A stretch of DNA of 64,000 nucleotides from the IMG/VR virus record IMGVR_UViG_3300020463_002275, positions 1 to 64,000 of that record. One strand, given 5' to 3'. Made by a program: the position numbers and the translations under genes. Numbering within the stretch: position 1 is the first letter of the stretch; every line of letters starts with the position of its first letter. This document shows positions 37,398 to 47,029 of the stretch, one piece after another. The DNA comes from a virus. The notes beneath the pieces were generated by a model, which saw nothing but the letters and a program-made list of their open reading frames with translations, had not been told where the DNA came from and did no database searches.

Positions 37398-38061
37398 ACT
37401 CAGTTACACCTAAACCTATTTTATTTTCATTGTCAAATCTTGGATCATTCCATTCTTTTTTAATTTCTTTTGGAAACGGTAAACTAGTATATTCTAAACT
37501 TTCAATATTTTTATAATATTCTTTGTTAGGTTTCCAAGGAGACCCTATACAAACAGTTAATTTTATATCATTACCTGTATTAGTCATACCATGTGGGTGT
37601 GAGCCGTTTATAACATATGCATCAGTTTGTGGTTCGTAATAATGCTTATTGCTATTTCCATCAAAGAAATACAGTGTGCTTTCTTTTTTGCCTTTGACCA
37701 CCCATCTAAATTTATGTTGCATTCCGCCAACTTCTTCTGGCGCACTATCAACATGATCATTTAACATTTCGCCAGGCTTAGTTTTGATAACTGTGACATT
37801 TCCTACTCCACCAATATAAGGAAAAACGTAATCACGCAAAGCAACAACTGATGCTGATTCTTTTGGTAAATTAGGATTAAAACTGTATTGTTCAAACCAG
37901 CCAACGTCCGGCCTAGCATTATATAAACTACACATCCATGCACCATGAAATTTAATCCAGTACCAATCATTTTCTGGTAAAGATAATATTTCTTGTGCAA
38001 CTTGTTCTTTGTTAGGAATATCAAGATTTACAAGATCCATGTATGTAATTATTCTGTCCAT
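37381..38061 (-). CDS. AspH-like 2OG-Fe(II) oxygenase
   Basis: KTKPGEMLNDHVDS, HPHGMTN; 3' end overlaps the convergent B12-rSAM gene. Confidence 0.65.
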   Translation of the reverse strand: MDRIITYMDLVNLDIPNKEQVAQEILSLPENDWYWIKFHGAWMCSLYNARPDVGWFEQYSFNPNLPKESASVVALRDYVFPYIGGVGNVTVIKTKPGEMLNDHVDSAPEEVGGMQHKFRWVVKGKKESTLYFFDGNSNKHYYEPQTDAYVINGSHPHGMTNTGNDIKLTVCIGSPWKPNKEYYKNIESLEYTSLPFPKEIKKEWNDPRFDNENKIGLGVTEFKQKL

Positions 38062-38843
38062 GCATACTCCTTACCACAATTAACTCTATACAATAACCTA
38101 TTAGGATTATCTGTAGGCGGGCGTCTGTGTTGTGTAAACAAACTTTCTGTTATAAACAAATCACCAATGTCCCATTTGTGTTCGTAAATTTTTGCTTCCT
38201 GAAATTTTGTTTGTAGTAACTCGAAATAGTAATTATTATCAGATGTTCCTCTAAGTTCTGTACAAAATAAATGTGGAAAAAATAAACCTTCATTTCCATA
38301 AGGATCTTTAATAACAATTTTTTTCCAATTAGTATGAGGTTTTATTAAGTCTTCTAAATCATTTTGAAATACATCATGATTGAAATAAAAATTTCCTTCT
38401 GCTTGTCTTAGTTCATCTTTAGCAGTTTTGCTTAGGTTATTGAAAATCATATTATTACTTAGATACTGTTGTGTGCCATTATCTAAATTTTCTATACCTT
38501 GAAACATGATAAACGGAGCAAGAGTTTTTGTAACACAATTATCACTATGCCAACCTATTTCAGCAGATTTACCCATACGTCCTTTAGGTGAACCATCTTC
38601 ATATTTTTGTCCTGTAATTTGTCCTACATACTTACACTCTGGATGGTCAACTGGACTTGCATCTGTAACATTGCCAAGTTTGTGTGCTATCTCATTTATT
38701 ACAGACCAATGTGTATCTAATTTTTTCAAAACAACAAATCCGTTTTGCCACACTAATTGTTCTAAATCAATCCAAGGATTATCTACATTATAGTTTTCTA
38801 TTTGTAGGCCAAAAGGTTTTAGTTGTGTTAATGTGCCAGTCAT
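38049..38843 (-). CDS. TauD/TfdA-family dioxygenase
   Basis: GWHSD, HKWDIGDLFITESLFTQHRR, RLLYR. Confidence 0.8.
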   Translation of the reverse strand: MTGTLTQLKPFGLQIENYNVDNPWIDLEQLVWQNGFVVLKKLDTHWSVINEIAHKLGNVTDASPVDHPECKYVGQITGQKYEDGSPKGRMGKSAEIGWHSDNCVTKTLAPFIMFQGIENLDNGTQQYLSNNMIFNNLSKTAKDELRQAEGNFYFNHDVFQNDLEDLIKPHTNWKKIVIKDPYGNEGLFFPHLFCTELRGTSDNNYYFELLQTKFQEAKIYEHKWDIGDLFITESLFTQHRRPPTDNPNRLLYRVNCGKEYAWTE

Positions 38844-39403
38844 TGTTTATTCTCTACAGTTGTTACAAGGTGTATTCGTTTTTCAAAACTACCGTTGAAC
38901 GCAGTATGTGGCTGTGTTGTGTCTACCCAATACAAAGTTCCTTGTGGCATATGAACAGTTTTATTATCCCATACCATCATACAACGGTCATTTGTAATAA
39001 TTGGTATATGTAATCTATATGTGCTATCTTGGTGCCATGTTAAACAGGTTTTAGGCTCCATAAGTAATAACCTTGTCCTACCTATGTTAAATTTATTTTG
39101 CAAGTCTTGAAGCAACTCATAAAGATAAGTTCCTTTTAGATCAGGAACAATATTAACAAAGTCCTTTTCTTTAACTTTATCTTTACGCGGTGGAGGATTT
39201 CCCTCTCCATCCCAATTTTCGTAATCCCAATCTAAACTACCTACAGCATCTAAGTATTTGTTTTTTGATTTTTCATTTGCATATGTCAAACCTAATTGTG
39301 TTTTAAATGTATCAGAAAATAAATCCTTATTTTCAAAAAGTAAAACCGTTTCAGTTTTAAGACGTTCTATGTCTATGTTGTAATTTATAATTTGTTTATA
39401 CAT
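38840..39403 (-). CDS. AspH-like 2OG-Fe(II) hydroxylase
   Basis: RTRLLLMEPKTCLTWHQD, RLHIPI, PHTAFNGS..RIHLV. Confidence 0.78.
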   Translation of the reverse strand: MYKQIINYNIDIERLKTETVLLFENKDLFSDTFKTQLGLTYANEKSKNKYLDAVGSLDWDYENWDGEGNPPPRKDKVKEKDFVNIVPDLKGTYLYELLQDLQNKFNIGRTRLLLMEPKTCLTWHQDSTYRLHIPIITNDRCMMVWDNKTVHMPQGTLYWVDTTQPHTAFNGSFEKRIHLVTTVENKQ

Positions 39404-39405
39404 TT

Positions 39406-40269
39406 TTACTCCGATAATATTTTAGAAATACATATCCTATTACATAATCCATCACGACTAAATTCTTTCCAATTATCATTTTTACTTAAACCAAATAATA
39501 AAGTATTACTTGTATCAATTCCAAAGAAAGTACATACTTCTTTTGATTGTTGTATATACTTATTATAAATGAAAGACAAGTTAAATTTATTCATTAATTT
39601 GATATGCAAATTCATACTAAAGTGATTTAAATAATACCAATCGTTTAATTGTTTGACTGGTGTTTGTATTTCTTCTTTATCAAATTTCATACCTATTTTA
39701 TTCATACCTGTAGCAAAAACTTTACTAAGACTTGTTGCTACACTTTTGATACAAGGTTCGTTAATATTTACATCACCGATATTGCTAATATTAAGATATG
39801 CACAATCTAATAATACATCTACTTTGTTATTATTACAATGTTCTATAATGCTGTAATAATCTTCATGTATATTGCCTGTAGCACTAAATGGTGTACTTAA
39901 TATCAAAGTTTGCCCTTTTTTTATGTCCGAAAAGTGTTCTAATACAGTACAACCATTACGTGCATGGAATGGATATTCTCCTTTTAACACTACTAAATTT
40001 GCTATTGTATAGTATGCATACCAGTCCATAAAAGCACCTGTTACACCGTCTATAACGCCCGTACAAGCGAATTTATCCAGTCCTAGTACATTTGAGTGCT
40101 TATACTCATTTAATTGGTTTTTATATAAATTTTTAAATAAATCTATGTCAGCAAACGTCATAATTGTAGTTGGTTCGTTCCAGCAATCAGCCGAGACTTC
40201 ACGAACATAATCATAAACTTCTTTATCAAATATAGGTCTTGCACCAGTCTGTAAATGTGTTTTATCCAC
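39406..40269 (-). CDS. PLP-dependent fold-type-I enzyme (compact)
   Basis: DGVTGAF, LDCAY, SLSKVF; probable GTG start at 40269 overlapping the upstream stop. Confidence 0.65.
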   Translation of the reverse strand: MDKTHLQTGARPIFDKEVYDYVREVSADCWNEPTTIMTFADIDLFKNLYKNQLNEYKHSNVLGLDKFACTGVIDGVTGAFMDWYAYYTIANLVVLKGEYPFHARNGCTVLEHFSDIKKGQTLILSTPFSATGNIHEDYYSIIEHCNNNKVDVLLDCAYLNISNIGDVNINEPCIKSVATSLSKVFATGMNKIGMKFDKEEIQTPVKQLNDWYYLNHFSMNLHIKLMNKFNLSFIYNKYIQQSKEVCTFFGIDTSNTLLFGLSKNDNWKEFSRDGLCNRICISKILSE

Positions 40270-40903
40270 TCTGATCAAACCCCCATTTGCGTTCTTCACA
40301 CCACCAACACTTACCACAATGTTCCATGCCCGGATCTGGAGTGTCAAATTCTTTAATCCATTCACAACTTCTTGTTAAGGGAAATAAGTTTTCTAAAAGA
40401 TTATATTTCTTATATATTTTACATAGATATTTTTTATCAATATTAGTCCACGGAGTAAACCCAATTCCGTCTTTTGTATTTCTTACTATATTAGGATCTC
40501 GTTCATGAGTTTCTGTTGTTGCTTGACTAAAAGTATCAGTTACAGACTTAGGTGGGTCTTTGGTTATACCTGTGTATACATGAGTGATAGTTTTATTGTT
40601 ATAATACTGTTTTGGTGTATTAAATAACTTTTCGTCTGTTTGTGTAGTTGCATATGAAATGTGGTGTAAAAAGTTGTAGTTGTTTGTAAGTTCTGCACAC
40701 TTACTTACTACGTTTACTGATGCTAATGCATTACATATATTCTTACTTTGATTTGCTAACGTAAAAATGTGAAGTTTATGGTTCGAATATTTTAATAAAA
40801 AATATAATAGTAATGCACTATCTGCTCCACCACTTACTGTAATACCCAAAGTTGAATCTGGTATTTCTAACTCTAAGTTATCAATAACATTTATAGTAGC
40901 CAT
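40262..40903 (-). CDS. QueC-like PP-loop adenine-nucleotide alpha-hydrolase
   Basis: SGGADS, TRSC, C-terminal HCGKCWWCEER Zn motif. Confidence 0.75.
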   Translation of the reverse strand: MATINVIDNLELEIPDSTLGITVSGGADSALLLYFLLKYSNHKLHIFTLANQSKNICNALASVNVVSKCAELTNNYNFLHHISYATTQTDEKLFNTPKQYYNNKTITHVYTGITKDPPKSVTDTFSQATTETHERDPNIVRNTKDGIGFTPWTNIDKKYLCKIYKKYNLLENLFPLTRSCEWIKEFDTPDPGMEHCGKCWWCEERKWGFDQSG

Positions 40904-40904
40904 A

Positions 40905-42014
40905 CTATTTCCTTTTAGGTATCTTTGAATCTGCTGAACTTACACAACTTTTAGTAATACACGTTTTAGGTGTCTTAAACAGTTCGAAACCTGTTTCTAT
41001 GTTGCCTAGTGGTGCATCATGGCACGAATAACTCCTTTTTACGCTACCGTCTGGCTCGCGTATTATAAGTCCGCTAAAACCGGCGTTACACCGCCATCCT
41101 TCGAAATTATTGAAATTAAAGGCATTAAAACGTTCTGCTTGGTCCATATACCACTTTTTACCATTAGAATCTTTTAGTTCTACTTGCATATGCCAAGGAA
41201 CACTGGCATCATTTTTTCCTTCTACTCCATGAGGTATTTGGAATGAGGCTTTCGGTCTTTCTGCCCAGACTCTCTTACTTTCTGTGTATCCTCTTTGTGG
41301 CATTCCGTTCCAGAGTCTTTTAAGATCTTCCTCCTTGTATCCTTCAACCACTCTTGAGGCTGTTGGATCGGACTGAGGTTTAAGAGTGACATTGATACCA
41401 CGTTCGTGGAAGAAGAGAGCGTTTTCCCAATCCCTTTCAAAGTGTTCAGGCACCATGACCTGATTAATTGTAACTTGTACATCATGTTCTTGACACAAGA
41501 TCAATTTGTCTGCAAAGTCTTGCATCTTCTCCTTACTGTTTACGTGTTCTACATGCAGACTTGCGGTTATGCTTGCTCTATGAAATGGTTTAGCATATTC
41601 AACATAAGTGTTAAACCATTTCATAGGTCGGCTACAATTACTAGTCATATGAATACTAGTATAATTTGTATTAGATACATCGTCGGCTAGATACTTTAAT
41701 ATATCCAAGTATCCAGGATGGAATGTAGGTTCTCCCCCTGACAGGGAGAAGTGAAAACTGTTGAAACCGTTGTCTCTGGCTTGACGTTTAATCTCATCCA
41801 CTGTTCGCAAGCATAACTCGGTAGGACGGTGGTCTTTACGATCGCTTCTTGCGTAAGGCCAACAGTAGGAACATCTATAGTTACAGAACCTTCCGAGTAG
41901 CCAGGATACAGTAAATAAATCACGATAAAGCAAAGTGCGTTGACCCACAGAGACAATATCGCCAAACGGGATCTTTGTAAAATCATAATTGCTCCATTTT
42001 AAATCTTCTGTCAT
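40905..42014 (-). CDS. Radical SAM enzyme with C-terminal Cys cluster
   Basis: CNYRCSYC, SGGEPT, C-terminal CNAG...SC..C..CVSSAD. Confidence 0.88.
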   Translation of the reverse strand: MTEDLKWSNYDFTKIPFGDIVSVGQRTLLYRDLFTVSWLLGRFCNYRCSYCWPYARSDRKDHRPTELCLRTVDEIKRQARDNGFNSFHFSLSGGEPTFHPGYLDILKYLADDVSNTNYTSIHMTSNCSRPMKWFNTYVEYAKPFHRASITASLHVEHVNSKEKMQDFADKLILCQEHDVQVTINQVMVPEHFERDWENALFFHERGINVTLKPQSDPTASRVVEGYKEEDLKRLWNGMPQRGYTESKRVWAERPKASFQIPHGVEGKNDASVPWHMQVELKDSNGKKWYMDQAERFNAFNFNNFEGWRCNAGFSGLIIREPDGSVKRSYSCHDAPLGNIETGFELFKTPKTCITKSCVSSADSKIPKRK

Positions 42015-42019
42015 GATAT

Positions 42020-42048
42020 TATTATACGATAAATATGATTATATGTCA
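42020..42048 (-). promoter_or_regulatory. sigma70-type promoter TTGACA-N17-TATAAT on the - strand
   Basis: tgtcaa 42043-42048, attata 42020-42025; ATG at 42014 lies close to the likely +1. Confidence 0.8.
42028..42034 (+). promoter_or_regulatory. ATAAATA late-type core for the nitroreductase, nested in the opposite-strand sigma70 spacer
   Basis: ATAAATA 42028-42034; GGAG SD and ATG 42090 downstream. Confidence 0.5.
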
Positions 42049-42089
42049 AGCACAACATACATATACTTATTAATACGGAGAATTTTAAT

Positions 42090-42680
42090 ATGAAGGATAT
42101 GATTAGACTGGCTAGAACTGTAGAACGCTGTCAAAGGAATTTTGATCATACGAAAAGAATACCTAATAAACATGTAAAATACATTTTGAACTGTGCTACT
42201 AGTATGCCTACAAAACAGCAACAAAATTTTTATAACATTACAGTTATAGAAGAAGAGCCTCTTGCAAGAGAGTTTTATACTACTTGTTCTATTGCAGACG
42301 GTGAAGAATGGAGGAATAGCCAAACTTATGCTCCATTAGTTTTATTATATTCGACTTACCCGAAATATAACAGATATGAGCCATATAATGATATAGCGAT
42401 GTCTATAGGGCTCAGTTCAGGAGCCGCCGCACTTGCCGCCGCCAATTTGGGATATAAAACAGGTTTTTGTAAATGCATCGACGAACATCTAACAAATGCA
42501 TTTGTTTGGGATCATTTTCGTAAAAAAGTATGGGATCCAACACTGGCAGTAGGAATAGGACATTCTTTAGAAGGATTCGACAGAACTGAAGGTGTATTAG
42601 ATGGTGAAGTAAAATATCAAGCAGAATCCAATGGAGACAAAGAAATTAAAATTTTTAGACGTCCGCGGCCATCTCCTTAA
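42090..42680 (+). CDS. Nitroreductase-family flavoprotein
   Basis: RCQRNFD, AT.MPTKQ.QNFY, AAANLGYKTGFC, LAVGIG; the only + strand gene in the - block. Confidence 0.75.
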   Translation: MKDMIRLARTVERCQRNFDHTKRIPNKHVKYILNCATSMPTKQQQNFYNITVIEEEPLAREFYTTCSIADGEEWRNSQTYAPLVLLYSTYPKYNRYEPYNDIAMSIGLSSGAAALAAANLGYKTGFCKCIDEHLTNAFVWDHFRKKVWDPTLAVGIGHSLEGFDRTEGVLDGEVKYQAESNGDKEIKIFRRPRPSP

Positions 42681-43839
42681 TTGTTGTCCAAATAGTTTTA
42701 CCATTCAAACTTCCAATATCTTTTTTGAAAACAGGTTCTAAGTGTTTTGTTCTTTGTGTAAATATTTCTTTTGCATCTTGTTCATGTAATGCTTTAGGAC
42801 TACAAAGACCACAACCACAATGAAACTTAGGACATCTAATTACAGGCATCTTTCCACTGCGTAACGATTTTCTTAGTTTATCTATTATTGGTTTAAAATT
42901 ACTTGCTTTTCCAATTGGTCCTATTTCACCATCCATATTAACTTGACATGTTTGATGATGCCACACGCCGTCAAGTTCGCTGTTAATAAAAAGAAAGTCC
43001 CAGTTTACCATACAATGCCAACCATGAAAATTAGTTGTAGGTACTCTAAAATCTCTAGACCATTTATCGGCTACTTTAATATTTAGACACTTACCATTAC
43101 AGCACGGTCTACCAATAGTTTCAAGAGAGGTTTTTTTCTGTGCCATATGCATGGTATTTTTTACAGGTTTCGGTTTTAGTTTCTTAGTCCACTGATTTTT
43201 AAAATACTCTAATTGCTTATCTGTATATGCATGTGCAGTACCGTCTAATAAATCAGATTTATTATTACTATCACCTATGGGTCTGCTAGTATATGTTATA
43301 CCTAACTCGTCAAACCATTCCGCTAATTCAATACACTCTTCAAAATAATCTTTGTGAAACATATGATTAATTCTAAAATTATATCCGCTTTCATGCATTA
43401 ATTTTATATTTTCTATTACTAATTTTTTCTGCTCCGGAGTGCCTTCAGCATGATAACTTAATGTAGTGCTATTAATACATTCCATAATCTGCTTGCAACG
43501 CTTTGCTGTATAACATCCGTTTGTTGTAATATTAGACCTTATAAATGGATATGTTTCTTTAGCATATTGCACAAATTTAAAAAACGCAGGATGTATTGTT
43601 GGTTCACCGCCTGTGTATGCAATATCTAATTTAAGAGGATCTTTTCTATATAAGTCTAATAATTGTGCATACTCTACAATTCCGTCTAATGTATGTTTGA
43701 GTACGTTTATATCGACTAGTGGACTTGTTTTGTTACTGTGATGTGGTCCGCAATAACTACATGCGTAAGTGCATCTTCTGCCTAAATCCCATACTACGCT
43801 AAAATCTTCTTTCCGCGTATGGTTAATAGCGTTTAGCAC
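42655..43839 (-). CDS. Radical SAM enzyme
   Basis: CTYACSYC, TGGEPT, TTNG, C-terminal CPKFHCGCGLC. Confidence 0.88.
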   Translation of the reverse strand: MLNAINHTRKEDFSVVWDLGRRCTYACSYCGPHHSNKTSPLVDINVLKHTLDGIVEYAQLLDLYRKDPLKLDIAYTGGEPTIHPAFFKFVQYAKETYPFIRSNITTNGCYTAKRCKQIMECINSTTLSYHAEGTPEQKKLVIENIKLMHESGYNFRINHMFHKDYFEECIELAEWFDELGITYTSRPIGDSNNKSDLLDGTAHAYTDKQLEYFKNQWTKKLKPKPVKNTMHMAQKKTSLETIGRPCCNGKCLNIKVADKWSRDFRVPTTNFHGWHCMVNWDFLFINSELDGVWHHQTCQVNMDGEIGPIGKASNFKPIIDKLRKSLRSGKMPVIRCPKFHCGCGLCSPKALHEQDAKEIFTQRTKHLEPVFKKDIGSLNGKTIWTTIKEMAADV

Positions 43840-44521
43840 TTAAATCTCCTTTAGGAATATCGGTAGAACCAAATCCTATGATTGCTCGTTTGTATTCTGT
43901 ACTTGTTTCTAAAAGTTCTTTGCTAGATAGATACCAACTGCTACTATGCCATCTTGCAGTATCAAACACCATTGCTGTGCCTAATTTCCATTCATAAACA
44001 CTTTCAACTTTTAAATCAAAATATAACCTGTGATACCATGTGCCTCTTGGATTATACTTTGCAACTTCTTCATCTAAATTTTCTGTATGTCTGTAATTAA
44101 TAATTTCACCATTGTCAGTATACTTCATATTACCATCTTTGTATATTGCTTTTCTAGGTTTATGTTCTACTCTATCGTAATTTACTGTGTAGGGTTGTTT
44201 ACAGTTCCATTCTAAAGGTATTATTACTCCTACATCAACTCTACAATCAGTTGTATCGTCCCAAGGTACAGTAGTAAAATCAGTATGTAATCCAGCAGGC
44301 TCTCCACTATGAAAATATTGAAACTTCCAATCAAATTTACCAAGTCCTAAAGAATCAGAAAAATAATTTCCAATGTGTTCGTTTATGTTTTTAGGTGTAT
44401 CAACAAAGTAATTTAAATTAAACTTACCTGTGTATTTAATTTTATCAGAAAGAAATGCTTCCTGGGCCAATTCTTTGTAATAATTTATATCTAAATTTAT
44501 ATCGTAACTTCCATATTGCAT
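43823..44521 (-). CDS. 2OG-Fe(II) oxygenase-like protein
   Basis: GLHTD, VFDTARWHSS, KRAIIGF. Confidence 0.6.
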   Translation of the reverse strand: MQYGSYDINLDINYYKELAQEAFLSDKIKYTGKFNLNYFVDTPKNINEHIGNYFSDSLGLGKFDWKFQYFHSGEPAGLHTDFTTVPWDDTTDCRVDVGVIIPLEWNCKQPYTVNYDRVEHKPRKAIYKDGNMKYTDNGEIINYRHTENLDEEVAKYNPRGTWYHRLYFDLKVESVYEWKLGTAMVFDTARWHSSSWYLSSKELLETSTEYKRAIIGFGSTDIPKGDLSAKRY

Positions 44522-45444
44522 TATATACGCTCTTCTCTTTCAACTTTATTTAATCCTTTGTCTGTACCACGTTCATCAAATACACCTTCAATTAAAAACC
44601 GTAAAGGTGTACGCACACCAAATTGATGCTTACCGTCCGCATCACTTATCCATCCTACATGAATACTATCTGATTCTTGTAAATTAAAATCTGCACACAC
44701 TTTTGTATATAAATTTTCATAATTACTCCACCAAAAATCTGTACCAAAATGTTGCATTGCTTCTGCTCCTAGCCACATATCACTTACATTTGCATAAGCA
44801 AAATCGTTCATAATAGCAATAGGTCCATTTACACGTTCTCTAGTATAGCGTATGCCAATACGTTGACTGCCCATACCAAGTGCTTTTGATAAACTTACAC
44901 TAACACTTTTAACAGCAGGATGTGTAACATCAAATTCAAAATTTCTACATTGTCCAAACCATGCTCCATCAATGTGTACTGGAATGTCATGTCTGTCGCA
45001 ATGATCTAACAACTTGTCAAAATCCTTATGATAATTTGTAGTGATACAACTAGGATAACTTACTATGAAAACATCACCTTTTTTAAGATCACTATAATGA
45101 GTAATTTGATTTACAGTAAAGTCTGTTAAGCGTCTATGATACTTGTATTCACCTTTGTATACTGTTATATTACGTCCATACAGTTGATGTAATTCATCTA
45201 ATTGGTGTGTAGTTCCTAAAATTGCATCTCTACGTACAAAAGTGTTTAATCCTTTGTACTGCACACGTTTATGTGCGTTAATCCATTCGTCGATAATTTG
45301 TAAAAATATTTTTGTATACTCATGAGGATCTTTTGGATATCTTTGCATATCTAAATTTTCTCTAAATTTGGTAAACTTGCTAAGGTACATAGGCCTTTGC
45401 CGTCTGGTACCTAGCATTTCAAATGTTATATCTTCATACTTCAT
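44521..45444 (-). CDS. PLP-dependent fold-type-I enzyme (compact)
   Basis: GTTHQLD, IDGAW, SLSKALG...RIG; probable start MKYED at 45444. Confidence 0.65.
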   Translation of the reverse strand: MKYEDITFEMLGTRRQRPMYLSKFTKFRENLDMQRYPKDPHEYTKIFLQIIDEWINAHKRVQYKGLNTFVRRDAILGTTHQLDELHQLYGRNITVYKGEYKYHRRLTDFTVNQITHYSDLKKGDVFIVSYPSCITTNYHKDFDKLLDHCDRHDIPVHIDGAWFGQCRNFEFDVTHPAVKSVSVSLSKALGMGSQRIGIRYTRERVNGPIAIMNDFAYANVSDMWLGAEAMQHFGTDFWWSNYENLYTKVCADFNLQESDSIHVGWISDADGKHQFGVRTPLRFLIEGVFDERGTDKGLNKVEREERI

Positions 45445-46136
45445 ACTATGCGTCCAAAACCCCAATATCTTTCTAAACAAAAAAAGCATTCTCCACAATG
45501 CAAATGATTGCCTTTATCATCTAATAATTCATAAGGCGCATTTTCACAACTAAAAGTATAAGGATATAATTTTTCCATCATATCTAATTCTTCATACGCA
45601 CTTGCAGTACCTTTTTTGTCAGTAGCACCAAAAACTCTATATGGATTTGTGTTAGGATGTGAAATATTATCCCTATCAGTATCTCTAATATCAAGATGCT
45701 TTTGTATTCTTGAGAAATCTAGTCCGTGCGTACTTGCATTTTCTTTAAAATAATTTTTCATTTCTAGTGGAGGTGGATTTTTTGTTAGTCCACTAAAAAA
45801 TCCTATATCGCCATATTTTTCTTTTACTTCTGCAACTAATTGTTCTTGGCCATTAGTATAATTTTTGTCACTATGTGGCACTGTTATAGTAAAATGTTCA
45901 GTAGGTTCTATTCCTGTAAGATCTTTTACAATACCTATAACACGTTTTGCGCCTGCAATATATAAATTTTTAAAATCTGTATCTAAAGTTACTACAATTA
46001 TTTTAGTATCTAAATTATTATCTTTGATATGTTTGCATAAAGCATAGTATAGGATAGAACTATCTGCTCCTCCGCTTAATTTCATTCCTATGTATTCGCC
46101 AATGTTTAAATTTTTAATCTTATCTAATATACTCAT
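45441..46136 (-). CDS. QueC-like PP-loop adenine-nucleotide alpha-hydrolase
   Basis: SGGADS, TFSC, HCGECFFCLER. Confidence 0.75.
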   Translation of the reverse strand: MSILDKIKNLNIGEYIGMKLSGGADSSILYYALCKHIKDNNLDTKIIVVTLDTDFKNLYIAGAKRVIGIVKDLTGIEPTEHFTITVPHSDKNYTNGQEQLVAEVKEKYGDIGFFSGLTKNPPPLEMKNYFKENASTHGLDFSRIQKHLDIRDTDRDNISHPNTNPYRVFGATDKKGTASAYEELDMMEKLYPYTFSCENAPYELLDDKGNHLHCGECFFCLERYWGFGRIV

Positions 46137-47029
46137 ATCCATTTCTCCACTATTGCGTCCAATTTACAAGGACATGCTTTATAATTACACACTATAGGAT
46201 CCTCTGGTAGTGTGTATGCACCCGTTTTAAGATTACCCAAACTTCCACCAACACGTTTTGTACAACGTAGCATATTGCCATCTGGTTCTACCATTAATCT
46301 TTTTATACCTGCTGTACAAGTATATCCGTTGAATATATGCTTTTGTTGATCTAATACTTTCATAAACTTTAACGGATCACCATCAAAATGTAAGTTTCGA
46401 GGTATGGTCCAATCTATACCAAATGGCTTCATTTTATGCCATGCATTATTTTGTATCCATTCTCTTTGTTCGTCAGTGTATTTAAAATAGTTTGTACCAC
46501 CTATACTAGTCCTTGTAAATTTTGGAGTTATTTCTACTTTCAGATCAGTCAACCTATAATACAAAGACTTAGCACGTTCAAAATTATCTGGTGTAATCAT
46601 AAGTGGTATACTTACACTTGCTTTATGTTGCATAATTTTTGCAACTTCATAAAAATGATCATCGTCAGCAAATTCGTTATGCCAACTTAAAAAACAAAAT
46701 GCCCTGTGTGTTCTAAACTTTTCCCAATATCTTAAAGTCCTACTTGCGTTTGTACTAAATTCTACAAAAACTGTGTCTGAACTTATAGTATCTACAAAGT
46801 CCTGGAACTTAGGCCATAGTGTAGGTTCTCCGCCTAAAACTTCTACATAAAGATACTTGTTCTTTTTTTGCATTTTTTCAATAAGATCGATGTAGGGCTC
46901 CCATTCAGTTGGCCAACGTTCACTGCCATCTCTATGATAATCGTCACAGTAACTACAATTATAATTGCATACATTATGTATAAACAACGTGATAATAGCA
47001 CAGTCTAGATTTTCATTAGTTATGTGCAT
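46133..47029 (-). CDS. Radical SAM enzyme with C-terminal twitch-like Cys cluster
   Basis: CNYNCSYC, LGGEPT, STNA, CTAG...RC...CNYKACPC. Confidence 0.88.
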   Translation of the reverse strand: MHITNENLDCAIITLFIHNVCNYNCSYCDDYHRDGSERWPTEWEPYIDLIEKMQKKNKYLYVEVLGGEPTLWPKFQDFVDTISSDTVFVEFSTNASRTLRYWEKFRTHRAFCFLSWHNEFADDDHFYEVAKIMQHKASVSIPLMITPDNFERAKSLYYRLTDLKVEITPKFTRTSIGGTNYFKYTDEQREWIQNNAWHKMKPFGIDWTIPRNLHFDGDPLKFMKVLDQQKHIFNGYTCTAGIKRLMVEPDGNMLRCTKRVGGSLGNLKTGAYTLPEDPIVCNYKACPCKLDAIVEKWI

